Shown here in pieces: positions 12,789-24,627 of a stretch of 62,151 nucleotides of DNA. The DNA is taken from contig NC_081358.1 in NCBI RefSeq assembly GCF_030684315.1, forward strand, positions 34,723,828-34,785,978, given 5' to 3'. Source of the DNA: Stegostoma tigrinum. Taxonomy: Eukaryota. How positions within the stretch are numbered: position 1 is the first letter of the stretch; each line of letters begins with the position of its first letter. Below the pieces are notes generated by a model. It was not told where the DNA came from and did not search any database. It saw nothing but the letters and a program-made list of their open reading frames with translations. A program made the translations under genes and the position numbers.

Positions 12789-12991
12789 AGGATAACAAGG
12801 TGTAGAGCTGGATGAACACAGCAGGCCAAGCAGTATCAGAGGAGCAGGAAGGCTAACGTTTTGGGTCTGAACCCTTCTCTACACCTGAAACATCAGCTTT
12901 CCTGCTCTTCTGATGCTGCCTGGCCTGCTGTGTTTGTCCAGCTCCAAATCTTACTATCTCAGATTCTAGCATGGGCACTTCCTATTATCTC
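12789..12991 (+). mobile_element. Fold-back mini-PLE family A, 14-bp TSD
   Basis: TSD CTAGTTAAGAATAC at 12775..12788 and 12992..13005; inverted arms meet inside the hammerhead region; about 33-nt tail. Confidence 0.85.
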
Positions 12992-13265
12992 CTAGTTAAG
13001 AATACTGTTTGGCAGACTGAGAGCTGAGAATGGGGATATTGTCAGTGACCGTGGGAAAATGCTACACAATTACTTTGCTTCCATATTCACATCACAAAAG
13101 GAGGAGAGCTTGTCAGAAGTCCCAAGAAAATTAACAGAGAATAAGGGATAAGGTCTATCTAAAATTAGCTCAAGTAAGTCATCAATAATGGGGAAATAAA
13201 TGGAACTGAAGAGTGACAAATCCCCAGGACCTGATAGTCTCCATCCTGACAGTTCCCACAGATCA

Positions 13266-13395
13266 GAGATAATGGGAACTGCAGATGCTGGAGAATCCAA
13301 GATAACAAAGTGTGGAGCTGGATGAACACAGCAGGCCAAGCAGCATCTCAGGAGCACAAAAGCTGACATTTTGGGCCTAGACCCTTCATCAGAGA
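13266..13395 (-). mobile_element. Mini-PLE family A, single arm plus tail, no TSD seen
   Basis: GAGATAATGGGAACTGCAGATGCTGG...GGGCCTAGACCCTTCATCAGAGA. Confidence 0.85.
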
Positions 13396-13582
13396 CTCTC
13401 AACTCCATTTTATTTATACTGCATTTATTCAAATCAGTGAGTCCATATTGGGTGAATGTGACAGTCAGAGAAAAGATGGCCGTTGAAATAAAATGTGGGG
13501 ATATGTGAAATTATTCACGAATAGAAAAGTAGATTCTTTTGAAAGCTGTTCATTCACAGAGAGTTCGATATACTTATATCAC

Positions 13583-13808
13583 AGAATCATAGAATCCCTG
13601 CAGTTCAGATAGAGGCCATTCAATCTGAATAGTCTGCATCGACTGTCCGAAGATCATCCCACCCAGAACCACCTCCCTATACCATCCCTGTAACCGTGCA
13701 TTACCCATGGCTAACCCACCCAGCCTGCACATCCCTGGACCCTATGGGCAACTTCCTGTGGCCAACCCAACTAACCTGCACGTCTTTGGACTGTGGGAGG
13801 AAACCAAA
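13583..13808 (-). mobile_element. HE1-like V-SINE (5'-truncated)
   Basis: V-domain GGTTTCCTCCCACAGTCCAAAGACGTGCAGGTTAG and CR1-like tail GGGATTCTATGATTCT on minus. Confidence 0.8.
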
Positions 13809-13878
13809 GAAACACAAAGTTAGCAAGAAGGCACAGCAAACAATTAGGATGGCAAAAGCCATGCTGACCTTTGTTGCA

Positions 13879-14075
13879 GAGATAGTAGGAACTGCAGATG
13901 CTGGAAAACCTGAGATAACAAGGTGTAGAGCTGGATGAACACAGCAGGCCAAGCAGCATCAGAGAAACAGGAAGGCCTTTCTGAAGAAGGGCCTAGGCCT
14001 GAAACGTCAGCCTTTCTGCTCCTCTGATGCTGCTTGGCTTGCTGTGTTCATCCAGCTCTACACCTTGTTATCTCT
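13879..14075 (-). mobile_element. Fold-back mini-PLE family A, 14-bp TSD
   Basis: TSD TGA(C/A)CTTTGTTGCA at 13865..13878 and 14076..14089; tail about 13879..13911; arms about 13912..13976 and 13981..14074. Confidence 0.85.
13981..14008 (+). ncRNA. Minimal hammerhead ribozyme motif (core intact)
   Basis: CUGAAGA-AGGGCC(UA)GGCCU-GAAA-C-GUC. Confidence 0.65.
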
Positions 14076-14457
14076 TGAACTTTGTTGCAAGGGTTTTGAA
14101 GGTACAACAAAAAGAAAATCTTTCTGCTATAAGACCATAAAATGCAGGAGCAAAAGCAGGCCATTTGTCCCATCAAGACCACTCCTCCATTCAGTGAGAT
14201 GATGGCTGGTCGGATAACCCTCAATGCCAGTTTCCCATCCTTTTTCTTAAGTCCCAGTTAGAATTGTGCAGGGCTTTGGTGAGGCCACATCTGGAATACA
14301 ACTTGCTGTTTTTGTTTCCATTTTTCAGAAAGGTGGTACAGCAAGGTTTTACTAAACAGGCCTCTGGGTGATCGGGCTTCCCAATAACAGGCTGAGTGAA
14401 TTGGGCCCATGTGTCTGGAGTTTAGAAGAATGAAAGGCAATCTTGTTGAAACATTTT

Positions 14458-14582
14458 AGGGGACCTGTTGTGAAACAGTGGTAATATGGAGCTGGGCTGT
14501 GACAAGATATTGCACCTGGGTTCAATCCCGCCTGTTCCCAAGATGTGTAATATTACCTCTGAACAGGCTGATCAGGAAAAAT
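14458..14582 (+). mobile_element. Short tRNA-derived SINE
   Basis: CAGTGGTA A-box-like, GGGTTCAATCCC B-box, ends CTCTGAACAGGCTGAT; related copy at 54757..54869. Confidence 0.55.
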
Positions 14583-16207
14583 AGGTTAAACACAGAAAAA
14601 TGTTCTGAAAAGTCCTCATAAAATAGATACCGAAAGATTGTTCCCACTCACCTGGGAATCTAAAACATGACTGTATAGTTTCAGGATAAGAGGTCAATCA
14701 TTTAGAACTGAATTGAGGTAAAATTACATCACTCAAAGGATTATGAATCTACAGAATTCTCTACCCTAGAGAGTTGTAGATATACCATCACTTGAAAGAT
14801 TTTAGGTTGAGACAAACATTTGATCTCTCAGGCAATCAAGGGTAGATGACTAAGATGCTGATAGCATGTTAAGGTCTTTTTCCTTCCTCATATCTACTGT
14901 GCTTTTGTCAACAGGGTCTGTCTGAGCCTATGAAACTCAGGAAAACCTGCCTCTAAATTCTTCCATAATTCCATTAAACAATCCTCACCACAGGCCACTT
15001 GGTTGTATGACGCTGTCAGTATTAGTGCTTACCTGGGAGTGAGATTGTTGCTGACATCCTCTTTTCGAGTAATAATCTGAAGGCTCATCTTGGCCTGGTG
15101 GTGTATGAGAAAACAGTGCTTGGTATTCTAATGAGAAGAGGTTTTTCTCTTAAACAATACATATCTTATTGCTTATTACATTGTTGGTTAAGTTACACTG
15201 TTGTGATAGTCATTATTCTGGAGACTATGAGTGGACCTGCATGTTGGGCCAAACTTCTTTCAGACTTTAAATCCTCTACCAAGTCAATATGATCACATCG
15301 TTGTGGGCAGTGCTTAAGGAGCTCCTCAGTATTAACCCTTTCACCATCCTCTACCAGAAGACAATGATGAATGTACAGTTCATTCTAATAATTCTGAATA
15401 CAGTAACAAGAGGTTCTTTTCCCACAAGAATCTAATTAGATTCAACTGAACCCTATTTAAGTCAAGGTACACTCTGGATCTTAAAAAACATAAGATGTAC
15501 TGATGGAGAGAATTGTGACGGCTAACCCGCAGGCAGGTTCTAGCATTAAAACGCTAAGTTAGTTTTAACATCTTAAGATACTTAAATCAATTTTTATTGA
15601 CAAACTGGCATCCAGCTAGCATTGTTCCAGAGCTCTGTCTCTGATAAGCAAGCATCTATTATGCTCAAGGTGAATGTCAATGTTTATAAGGTCAGGATTT
15701 ATTTCTGGCAATTTGGAAATAGATGGATGTTTGCTGTGATCATTTATTCACAATTCAACAGAGGCTGATCCTCCATGCTCTCCTTTTACCAATCATCCAA
15801 AGACTGAAATTTTAAAACTTCTGACACAGCTGTCCAACAAACAATTAGTAATCTATTAATAGTTACTATTTGGAATCAAAATACCTGATTTTCACTTAAA
15901 TTACTGAGTATATTGAGAAAATGTTATCTAAATACAATAAATGTGTACGAGTGGCAATGTCATACAGGACATTTCTTCAGACTATTGGCCATTTTCTAAT
16001 TTTCCTGATGTTGCAGTTGGCGAACAAATGTTTAGGGTGCAGATCGTTGAGATTCTTGGTACGTGACCGGCAAATTAAATGGGAGTAGAATGTTTGGAAT
16101 AAATGATGTTAGGCCATGAAATGGAATTTGTTTAGCCTCCATGAACCTCAGTCAAAATTTCAAAAGAAAAGATGGCTTATGCTTTAAAAAAATCATTAAA
16201 TCCCTAT

Positions 16208-16488
16208 GGTTTGGAAGTGGGCATTGGGCCCATCAAATCCACAAAACCCTCCAAAGAGAGAATGGGGCCCAGACCCACAACCCTATTTTATCCTTGCATT
16301 TCCCATGGCTATGGGACATTTTAGCAATGCCAATCCAACTGGACTGCATATTTTTGGGCTATGGGAGGAAATACACACAGACACAGGGAGAACGTGCAAA
16401 CTCCACACAGACAGTCACACAAAGATGGAATTGAACCCAGGTTCCTGGTACTGTGAAACAACAGGGCTAACCACTGAGCTAATGTGCT
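16208..16488 (-). mobile_element. HE1-like V-SINE
   Basis: Minus strand has AGCTCAGTGGTTAGC, GGGTTCAATTCC and V-domain TGTGTGGAGTTTGCACGTTCTCCCTGTGTCTG. Confidence 0.8.
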
Positions 16489-18234
16489 GCAAGGATAGCT
16501 TTCCTTACACTATTTGCATAGTCTTACCAATAGCCAATCATTTATCAGAGCACAGCCCCCATTATTAATATTACTAAGCAATGCAATAACATCAAAAGTC
16601 CATATTGTGGTTAGCATAACTGTGATTATCTAGTAGACATTAGCTATGATCAAAGGCCCCTTCAAAATGTATTCTCATGATCTAATGTGATCTACTTTCC
16701 TGTAAGTCATGCATATGTTGTTGCAAATACTCATAAACTTATGTTTAGTACCGAACCTTTTCAATGCTATGAGACATTACTCACTATCATTTATAAATGC
16801 AGACTTATTTGATATAGGAAATTGCAGATTAGGAAAATCAGGTTTGATATCCAATGTGTAATGAGTTAATTGATCTCATCTGAAGCAACTGACTGGGAGA
16901 AGAGAGAAAAAACATCCACTTCTTAATCTTTATCCACTAAGTATTGTTGTAAAGTGCCTGTGAACAGTGGATTAGCATTACTGTTTGTCTCTGCATTTGA
17001 AATGCTGAGTGCTGGTTTACAAATAAATGATTGAAGATAAAGGTCATACAGAGTTTCTGGTCACCTGTGGAATCAAGTGTAAGTCACCATAACAAGAGAA
17101 AAGTGGCAATTGTGGCAATCCTAATGTGGTGCTTCAAGCATATGTGTTTGGAGAGTTAACAAGTGCATTCAAATTAAACTAGAGAGCCAGGATTTTCTGT
17201 CTTCATTCTCAGTCAAATGGGAGTGAGTTTTCATCTGCTCATTTATCCCTACAACAGAATGGAAATTCCTGAGCTCGCCATTTTAACGTATCCCTCAGCC
17301 ATACAAAGTATGCTGTCCTAAGCTACTTGAAATAGTACAGTTTATTCTTGGCCAGGACTTTTCCTCACCCCACCAGAGCCACACCTGAAGAGGTGGCAGG
17401 GTGGCAATTCCTGTGTGGCTGTTTAACATTCAGCAGGTTGTTCATTAATGAAGAGTGAGACTTGGAGCCCCACAGGGGAAACAAATGTCAGCAATTGAGC
17501 TGCTGATGAATTTTGGATGTCTACTGACTCTGTAGTCCCAGTAGCACCTGATTCGAAGGGTGGCGACAGCCTGGTCCTAAAGAAAAGGAGCTGGGGCACT
17601 GTGAACCGAAGCTGTGCCTAGGCAATCAGCCAGGTCAGGCTGACAAGGCTCAGGCTGAGGAAGTAGAGAAGCTGTGTTTGAAAGAGTCAAGGGAGGGTTG
17701 GACGGAGGGCAAAAGGGGCATCCAGCACCCCCACTACCTCGTCCTGGAACACCACTGTGCTATCAAAACTGATGGACAAACTTCAGCCCAGGATGAGATC
17801 TCCCTCTGTCTGGGGGAGAAAAATGTGGCAGTGTTGGGATGAGACTCAGCATTGGCCACAGTGTTTTCATGTTAATCGGATCAAGGACAGGGTGACAGCG
17901 CCACACTTCTGTCCACCATAAAGTGGGGCCAGATAAACCTGGGCCATGAGGTGGAAGCAGGCCCACATGCTGCATTGGACAAACCCTGCCCTCCCACTCC
18001 AGCCTGTACCATCTTCAAAACCACCAGCAGGAGGGGCTGTAAAATTCTATCCCTTGTTCTTGCACAGCAGCTCCTGGTGAAGATAGTTAGCTGCAAGAAT
18101 CCAATCAGGATAAGAAAAATTCAAGAACATGTCACATGTTCAGATACCACATGTTCAAAAATCAACTAACGCCTTCAACAAGAGTTGACTCTACCGTTGT
18201 ATAAAGAAAATTGTCAGTGTCAGTGTGGTTCTTT

Positions 18235-18440
18235 GGCTGAAATAGAAACAGAAATTGCTGATGAAACTCAGCACAGTCTGGCAGCTTCTGTAGAGAGAGA
18301 GAGAGAGAGAGAGTTACCATTTCAGATACAATATGATTCTTCACCCTTCATGGATACAGAGAAACCTGCTGAGTTTCTCCACCACTATGTGGATTTATTT
18401 CAGCTTTCTACCTTCCACAGTATTTCGTTTTCAGTTTGAT
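18235..18440. mobile_element. Decayed fold-back mini-PLE (family B-like) with internal (GA)n
   Basis: Left arm AAACAGAAATTGCTGATGAAACTCAGCA versus right CCTGCTGAGTTTCTCCA, then a tail ending CACAGTATTTCGTTTT. Confidence 0.5.
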
Positions 18441-18539
18441 TAATTGAATGACTGCAATTACAGTTATTACTTAATTCAAGTCACTTGAGAACAGATGCAC
18501 AAATCCTAACATTTTCTGCATTGTTTAGTGGGTACTCAG

Positions 18540-19325
18540 GACTCCTCAGATACTGAAACAGTCCACATTTAAATACAACAAGATCTAGGCGATATCCAGG
18601 CTTGGGCTGACAAGTGGCAAGTGATATTTGCACCACACAAATGTCAGACTATGACCATCACCAAGAAGTGACAAACTCACCCCTTAACATCCTGGGGATT
18701 ATCATTGATCAGAAACTCAACTTGCCTAAATACTGTGACTACACGAGCAGGTCAGAGGCTTGGAATCCTGTAGGAAGTAAATCACTCCTGATTGCCCAAA
18801 GCCTTACCACCATCTACAAGACACAAGTCAGGAGTGTGATGGAATACTCCCCACTCACCTGGGTGAGTGCAGCCCCAATAACACTCAAGAAGCTTGACTC
18901 CATCCAGGCCCAAGCAACCCACTTGATTGGCATGACATCCACAATCATCCACTCCCTTCATCACTCTGCAGCAGCAGTGAATACCACAAAAACTCACTAA
19001 AAATACTTCAACAGCACCTTCTAAACTCACAACCACTTCCATCCGGAAGGACAAGAGCAGCAGATTCATGGGAACACCACCATCTACAAGTTCCCCTCCA
19101 ACCCACTCACCATCCTGACTTGGAAATAAATTGTCGCTCCTTTGGTGTCGCTGGGCCAAAATCCTGGAATTCCCTCCCTGATGGCATTGTGGATCATCCC
19201 ACAGCACATGGACTGCAGCAGTTCAAGAAGGGAGCTCACCACCACCTTCTCAAGGGGGCATCTCAGGACAGGCAATAAATGCTGGTTCAACAACAACATC
19301 CACATCCCACAAATGAGTTTTTTAA
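18540..19325 (+). mobile_element. L2/CR1-group non-LTR retrotransposon 3' part
   Basis: ILGIIIDQKLN, TIYKTQVRSVMEYSPLTW...KLDSIQ and WNSLP motifs; same family as 61095..61984. Confidence 0.85.
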
Positions 19326-20375
19326 AACTTTAGTGTATAAGCACCCCAAACATGCACCGTCATGTAATTTACTGCAACGTCTCACGGCGAGTATCAGAGG
19401 AGTTATGTCCTGACTTTCGACACAGAAATGTGCACCTCTGCTGTCCAATTTATTCCTTATTGCAGCAAGGGCTGATAGCTTCACAAGCTGCTATTTCCAC
19501 AACCAAGACCTGCATTCACAATCTTTCCCAGAGACTGCACAATGCACGCTGATACTTTGTGTTACTACATGGGCACTGTTGCACAAAGATACGTTAAAAG
19601 GGGCCATGAACTTAAATAAGCCTCTTGCAAATTCACCTCAGCCTCCAGGGGGTTTTGTTATTGATTGTTCTGCTGGGTAGATGCTTGAAAATTCATGGTT
19701 TCCCCTAAACTTTTGTTGACCACTCTCCATCACATCTTATACCCTGGACTTGCTCCTCAAGTTTGATTGAAATGTTGGGCTGGATTTTCAAATTCGGTTT
19801 CCAGTCATTAAAGGATAACCATCTGCCACTGCCCAACTGATTTAATCAATTTGTACAGAGCCTGTAATTATTATAAATCTGGTAAGCTAGCAATAAAGCC
19901 TGCCATTTGATATGACTAAAATTGCCTCTATCCAGATGTCTCTGAACAATGCTCAGATGACCTGGAAATCCCTCCTATAGAGTTTCACTCCCCTTTACTA
20001 TTTGGCTTCCTATTTATGAGTTACTTATCTTTCTATTGCGTTGACAACTGGCTTAGCAATGGGTTAATTCAACTGTACTTCAATAAAGCTTTGTCATTGT
20101 TTGAAACAACAAACGCAGACCATTAAATGTCTTCTATAAATCAAGTATATTAGACCCACTGCTTCTTGCAAATTGGACACCCTTCAAAGAATTCCTGTGA
20201 AGTAGAATTGTACTCTCTCTAAGTTTATGATCTTTGAGAAGTAAAAGCTCAAGAAATATCTTTGCTATTGCTAATCATCTGATTGATTTGTAATGTCCCA
20301 ATTTATGGCTCAGTTAGATGTCATAATTCTTTAGGAATCATCAAAGCCTCAGCCATTCTTCTCACTAAGGACTGT

Positions 20376-21890
20376 TAGTGGGCTTGGGATCAGACTGTGC
20401 CCCGACACAGGCTCTGTCAGTGGGTTTGGGATCAGACTGTGCCCTTACCCAGGCTCTGTCAGTGGGCTTGGGATCAGACTGTGTCCCAACACAGGCTCTG
20501 TCAGTGGGCTTGGGATCAGACTGTGTCCCGACCCAGGCTCTGTCAGTCGGTTTGGGATCAGACTGTGCCCCGACACAGGCTCTGACTGTGGGCTTCAGAT
20601 CAGACTCTGCCCCGACCCAGGCTCTGTCAGTGGGTTTGGGATCAGACTGTGCCCCGACAGAGGCTCTGTCAGTGGGTTTCAGATCAGACTGTGCCCCGAC
20701 CCAGGCTCTGTCAGTGGGTTTGGGATCAGACTGTGCCCTGACACAGGCTCTGTCAGTGGGTTTGGGATCAGACTGTGCCCCGACCCAGGCTCTGACTGTG
20801 GATTTGGGATCAGACAGTGCCCCGACCCAGGCTCTGTCAGTGGGTTTCAGATCAGACTCTGCCCTGACCCAGGCTCTGTCAGTGGGTTTGGGATCAGACT
20901 GTGCCCTGACACAGGCTCTGTCAGTGGGTTTGGGATCAGACTGTGTCCCGACACAGGCTCTGTCAGTGGGCTTGGGATCAGACTGTGTCCCGACCCAGGC
21001 TCTGTCAGTGGGTTTGGGATCAGACTGTGCCCCGACCCAGGCTCTGTCAGTGGGTTTGGGATCAGACTGTGCCCCGACCCAGGCTCTGTCAGTGGGTTTG
21101 GGATCAGACGGTGCCCCGAACCAGGCTCTGACTGTGGGTTTGGGATCAGACTGTGCCCCAACCCAGGCTCTGACTGTGGATTTGGGATCAGACTGTGCCC
21201 CGACCCAGGCTCTGTCAGTGGGCTTCAGATCAGACTCTGCCCCGACAGAGGCTCTGTCAGTGGGTTTGGGATCAGACTGTGCCCCGACAGAGGCTCTGTC
21301 AGTGGGTTTGGGATCAGACTGTGTCCCGACACAGGCTCTGTCAGTGGGCTTGGGATCAGACTGTGCCCCGACACAGGCTCTGTCAGTGGGTTTGGGATCA
21401 GACTGTGCCCCGACCCAGGCTCTGTCAGTGGGTTTGGGATCAGACTGTGTTCCGACACCAGCTCTGACTGTGGATTTGCGAACAGACTGTGCCCCGACCC
21501 AGGCTCTGTCAGTGGGTTTGGGATCAGACGGCGCCCCGACACAGGCTCTGTCAGTGAGCTTGGGATCAGACTGTGTCGCAACCCAGGCTCTGTCAGTGGG
21601 CTTTGGATCAGACTGTGGGTTTGGGATCAGACTGTGCCCCAACCCAGGCTCTGACTGTGGGTTTGGGATCAGACTGTGCCCCGACCCAGGCTCTGTCAGT
21701 GGGCTTCAGATCAGACTCTGCCCCGACCCAGGCTCTGTCAGTGGGTTTGGGATCAGACTGTGCCCCGACAGAGGCTCTGTCAGTGGGTTTGGGATCAGAC
21801 TGTGTCCCGACACAGGCTCTGTCAGTGGGCTTGGGATCAGACTGTGCGCCAACCCAGTCTCTGACAATGAGTTTTGGGATCAGACTGTGC
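20376..21890. repeat. 42-bp minisatellite, about 36 units
   Basis: Unit GGGTTTGGGATCAGACTGTGCCCCGACCCAGGCTCTGTCAGT; the 14-aa periodic ORFs on both strands follow from the unit length. Confidence 0.97.
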
Positions 21891-22614
21891 TCCACCCACA
21901 GGAGTTTTGGGAGTTACTGAACTAATATCTCTACCCGAGCCACCATACCCAGGTGTCAGAATGTTCCCCATTCGCTCTTTCCCCAGTGAGCTGCTCCCTT
22001 GGCACCACATCTTCCCTCTGAAGGTCTCCCAGCAACTGAGTCAGTGAAGAGCGGAAGGAGCTATTCCCATTAATACCTTTTGATAGGGCATGATGAAGGA
22101 AAGCCCTTCCTGTTGCTTCAATGTTATTATGTGCTTTTGTGGTTAACCGTTATCCCTCTGAGCCACTGCTTTCAAACAGGCAGCTCCTGCTGTGGTGAAG
22201 CTATAACCTGAACAGCCTGGGTTAGTCCAGCGAGAACAGCAGATGCTGGTTATAAGACCTGGCAATGAATCAAAGATCAATGTCGAGCTCTTGCATTGAA
22301 AGTTAGGAAAAACAAAGAACTGTGGATGATAAAATCGAGTCCTTAATAACATTAACTCTGCTTTCTCTCCACACATGCTGCCAGACCTGCTGAGTTCCAC
22401 CAGTAATTTCTGTTTTTGTGCCATGGAAGATGCCGTTTTGCCATCTCCCCATTAGAAATAATTTCAATGCTCATTTCTACTATTGTCAGTAAGAATCAGA
22501 AAGATTGAGGTGTTTATTTTACCACTGACCTGTCCCAATATTAGATATCAGGGAAAAGGATTGTTCTCAGGAAATCACTGCTGTTTGAATGCACTATTAT
22601 TTCAACATTTATAA

Positions 22615-23460
22615 ATTTATAAGATCATTTAAACTAGGAACAGGAGGACACCTTTCAGCCCCTTGAGCCTTTTTCACCATTTAAATTGATCATAGCCTCG
22701 TCTCAATGCTGCCTCAACTCCATTTCCCTGCTCGCTTTCCGTAGTCCTTCAACTCATTACTAATTAAAAACAAAATGGAAACTGCTGGAACAGCTCAAAA
22801 TCAGTGAAGAGAAATCAGAGTTAATGTTTCGGGTCAGGTGACCCTGCCTCAGAACTGCTAACAATCGAAAATCTGTCTGTCTTGTCCTTCAATTTACTCA
22901 ATGTCCCAGCATCCACTGCACACTGGGCGAGTAAATTCTGTAGGTTCACTACCCTTTGAGAGAAGTCATTCCACATCATCTCTGTTTTAAATCCTCTACC
23001 CCTTATCTGAAAATGGTGACCTCTTGTTCTACATTGCCCCACATGAGGAAACATCGTCTCTACATCGACTTTGTCAATCCTCTTTAGCATTTAATATCCT
23101 TCAATTAGTTCTCCTCTCATTCTTCTAAACTTCAGAGGCTATCAGCTTAAATGGTCAAACCATCTTCTTAAGACAAACCCCTCATTCTCTGGAATCAATC
23201 TTGTGACTCTCCTTTGAACTGCCTCCAACACAACTACATCCCTCGAGTAAGGCAATGAAAACTGTATAAAATACACCAGATGCAGTCTCATTAATGCCTT
23301 GTACCAATGCAGCAACAATTCCCTACTTTTACACTTGGTCCTTCAGTAATAAATGCCAAAATTCCATTTGCCTTCCTTTTTACCCACATACCTGCAGACC
23401 AGTTTTCTGTGATACATGTAGCAGGTCACCCGGATCCCTCTGCACCGCAACACTCTGGAG
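22615..23460 (-). mobile_element. Old CR1 3' part with mini-PLE insert at about 22765..22856
   Basis: ORF MLKRIDKVDVETMFP..TRGHHFQIRG; the insert reads CTGAGGCAGGGTCACCTGACCCGAAACATT on minus. Confidence 0.8.
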
Positions 23461-24391
23461 TTTATTTGCACCTTTCCTTAATGATCCCCTCTGGTTATAT
23501 CATTGCAAGTTGAATTATTGTAGCTTTCTTGACTTCTGCCTCATGTTTTGTATGAAAAAAGTACAGTTTCAGATCTTTTGATTTATTTTGTCATTTTCCG
23601 GCTATTGTTAGGTTTTAAAACTTTAAAATTTCAAAATCGCATTTCTGACAACATATATTCTCTCATTAGTTGTGAATTTAGTTCTGAATCCTAGGTTTAG
23701 TGCACTGTAGAAATTTGTGATGGGGATTACAATGATTTCTGCTTTTATAACATAAGGTCACAAATGTGCAAATCCAGAAATTGTAGCATTTGTTTATTAT
23801 CTTCAAGCTTCACTGAAATCTGAGATGGCATCAGTAATTGGCTTGAGTTCCTTTAATCATCTGTGCAACTTAGCCTTATCATTTTCCTGCATACTTAATC
23901 AGGTAGATGATTAAATTGAAGAATCGGCAGTAATATGATTACTGCACTAAAAGAAATTGTGCTACCTGTTTTGCCAATAATAACACTAGCTACTTCATGT
24001 TGTAAATCTGTAAAGAGCCATAAAATAGTTCACTAGTTTCTTGTTAAACTAAATCAACACAAGAGCACAACACTCCTTAGTTTTTTAAAAATTTTATTCA
24101 GAATATAGTTGTTGATGTGTTTCTTTGCTATATCTTCAGATGCTTCCTTCACAGACTCTTACTCTTCAATATGTTTGGCAATGTCTTTACTTTATGCTTT
24201 TACCCTGGATGGCTATTTCCATAAACAGACTGCATTAACTTTAAACAGAAATGTAAGTCACATTTTCAGTGTGTTTGAAATAGTTAAGCTAATTGACCTC
24301 AAAAAAGTACAACTTGAATGGAGTCATTTCCTTTAACATTGAACATATCTCCAAGATACTTAATGGAAAAACAGATCTTCTCCCTCCCTCA

Positions 24392-24627
24392 TGGCCAACA
24401 AACCTGATCCCCTCCCCCATGCCCAACATACCCGATCCCCTCCCCCAAGGCCAACAAACCTGATCCCCTCTCCCACGGCCAACAGACCCAACCTCTTTCC
24501 CCACAGCCAACAAACCTGATCCCCTATCCCACCCCCATTGCCAACAGACCTAAACCCTTTCTTCTCCCCCAGAGCCAACAGACCCCATTCCCTCCAAAAT
24601 GGCCAACAGACCCAATCCTCTTCCCCT
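24392..24627. repeat. Imperfect 28-34 bp tandem repeat, about 8 units
   Basis: Unit GCCAACA(A/G)ACCTGATCCCCTCCCCCA; C-rich on plus. Confidence 0.85.

Larger units (their letters stand above)
11600..14850 (+). mobile_element. Old CR1 ORF2 relic interrupted by at least seven younger insertions
   Basis: Endonuclease-like GVIHRPP and MEDFN, then KSPGPD.LHP, VRPHLEY and FPL.WES segments in colinear order between the inserts. Confidence 0.75.

Noticed and set aside
20376-21890. RAG recombination-signal-like words (CACAGTC, GGGTTTGGG) in the minisatellite
   Set aside because: The heptamer and nonamer are imperfect and the spacing is not 12 or 23 bp.
20365-21925. 515-aa and 425-aa ORFs as genes, or the array as CRISPR
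   Set aside because: They arise from a 42-bp stop-free unit. There are no unique spacers, no cas genes and no splice or codon evidence, and the context is a vertebrate genome.
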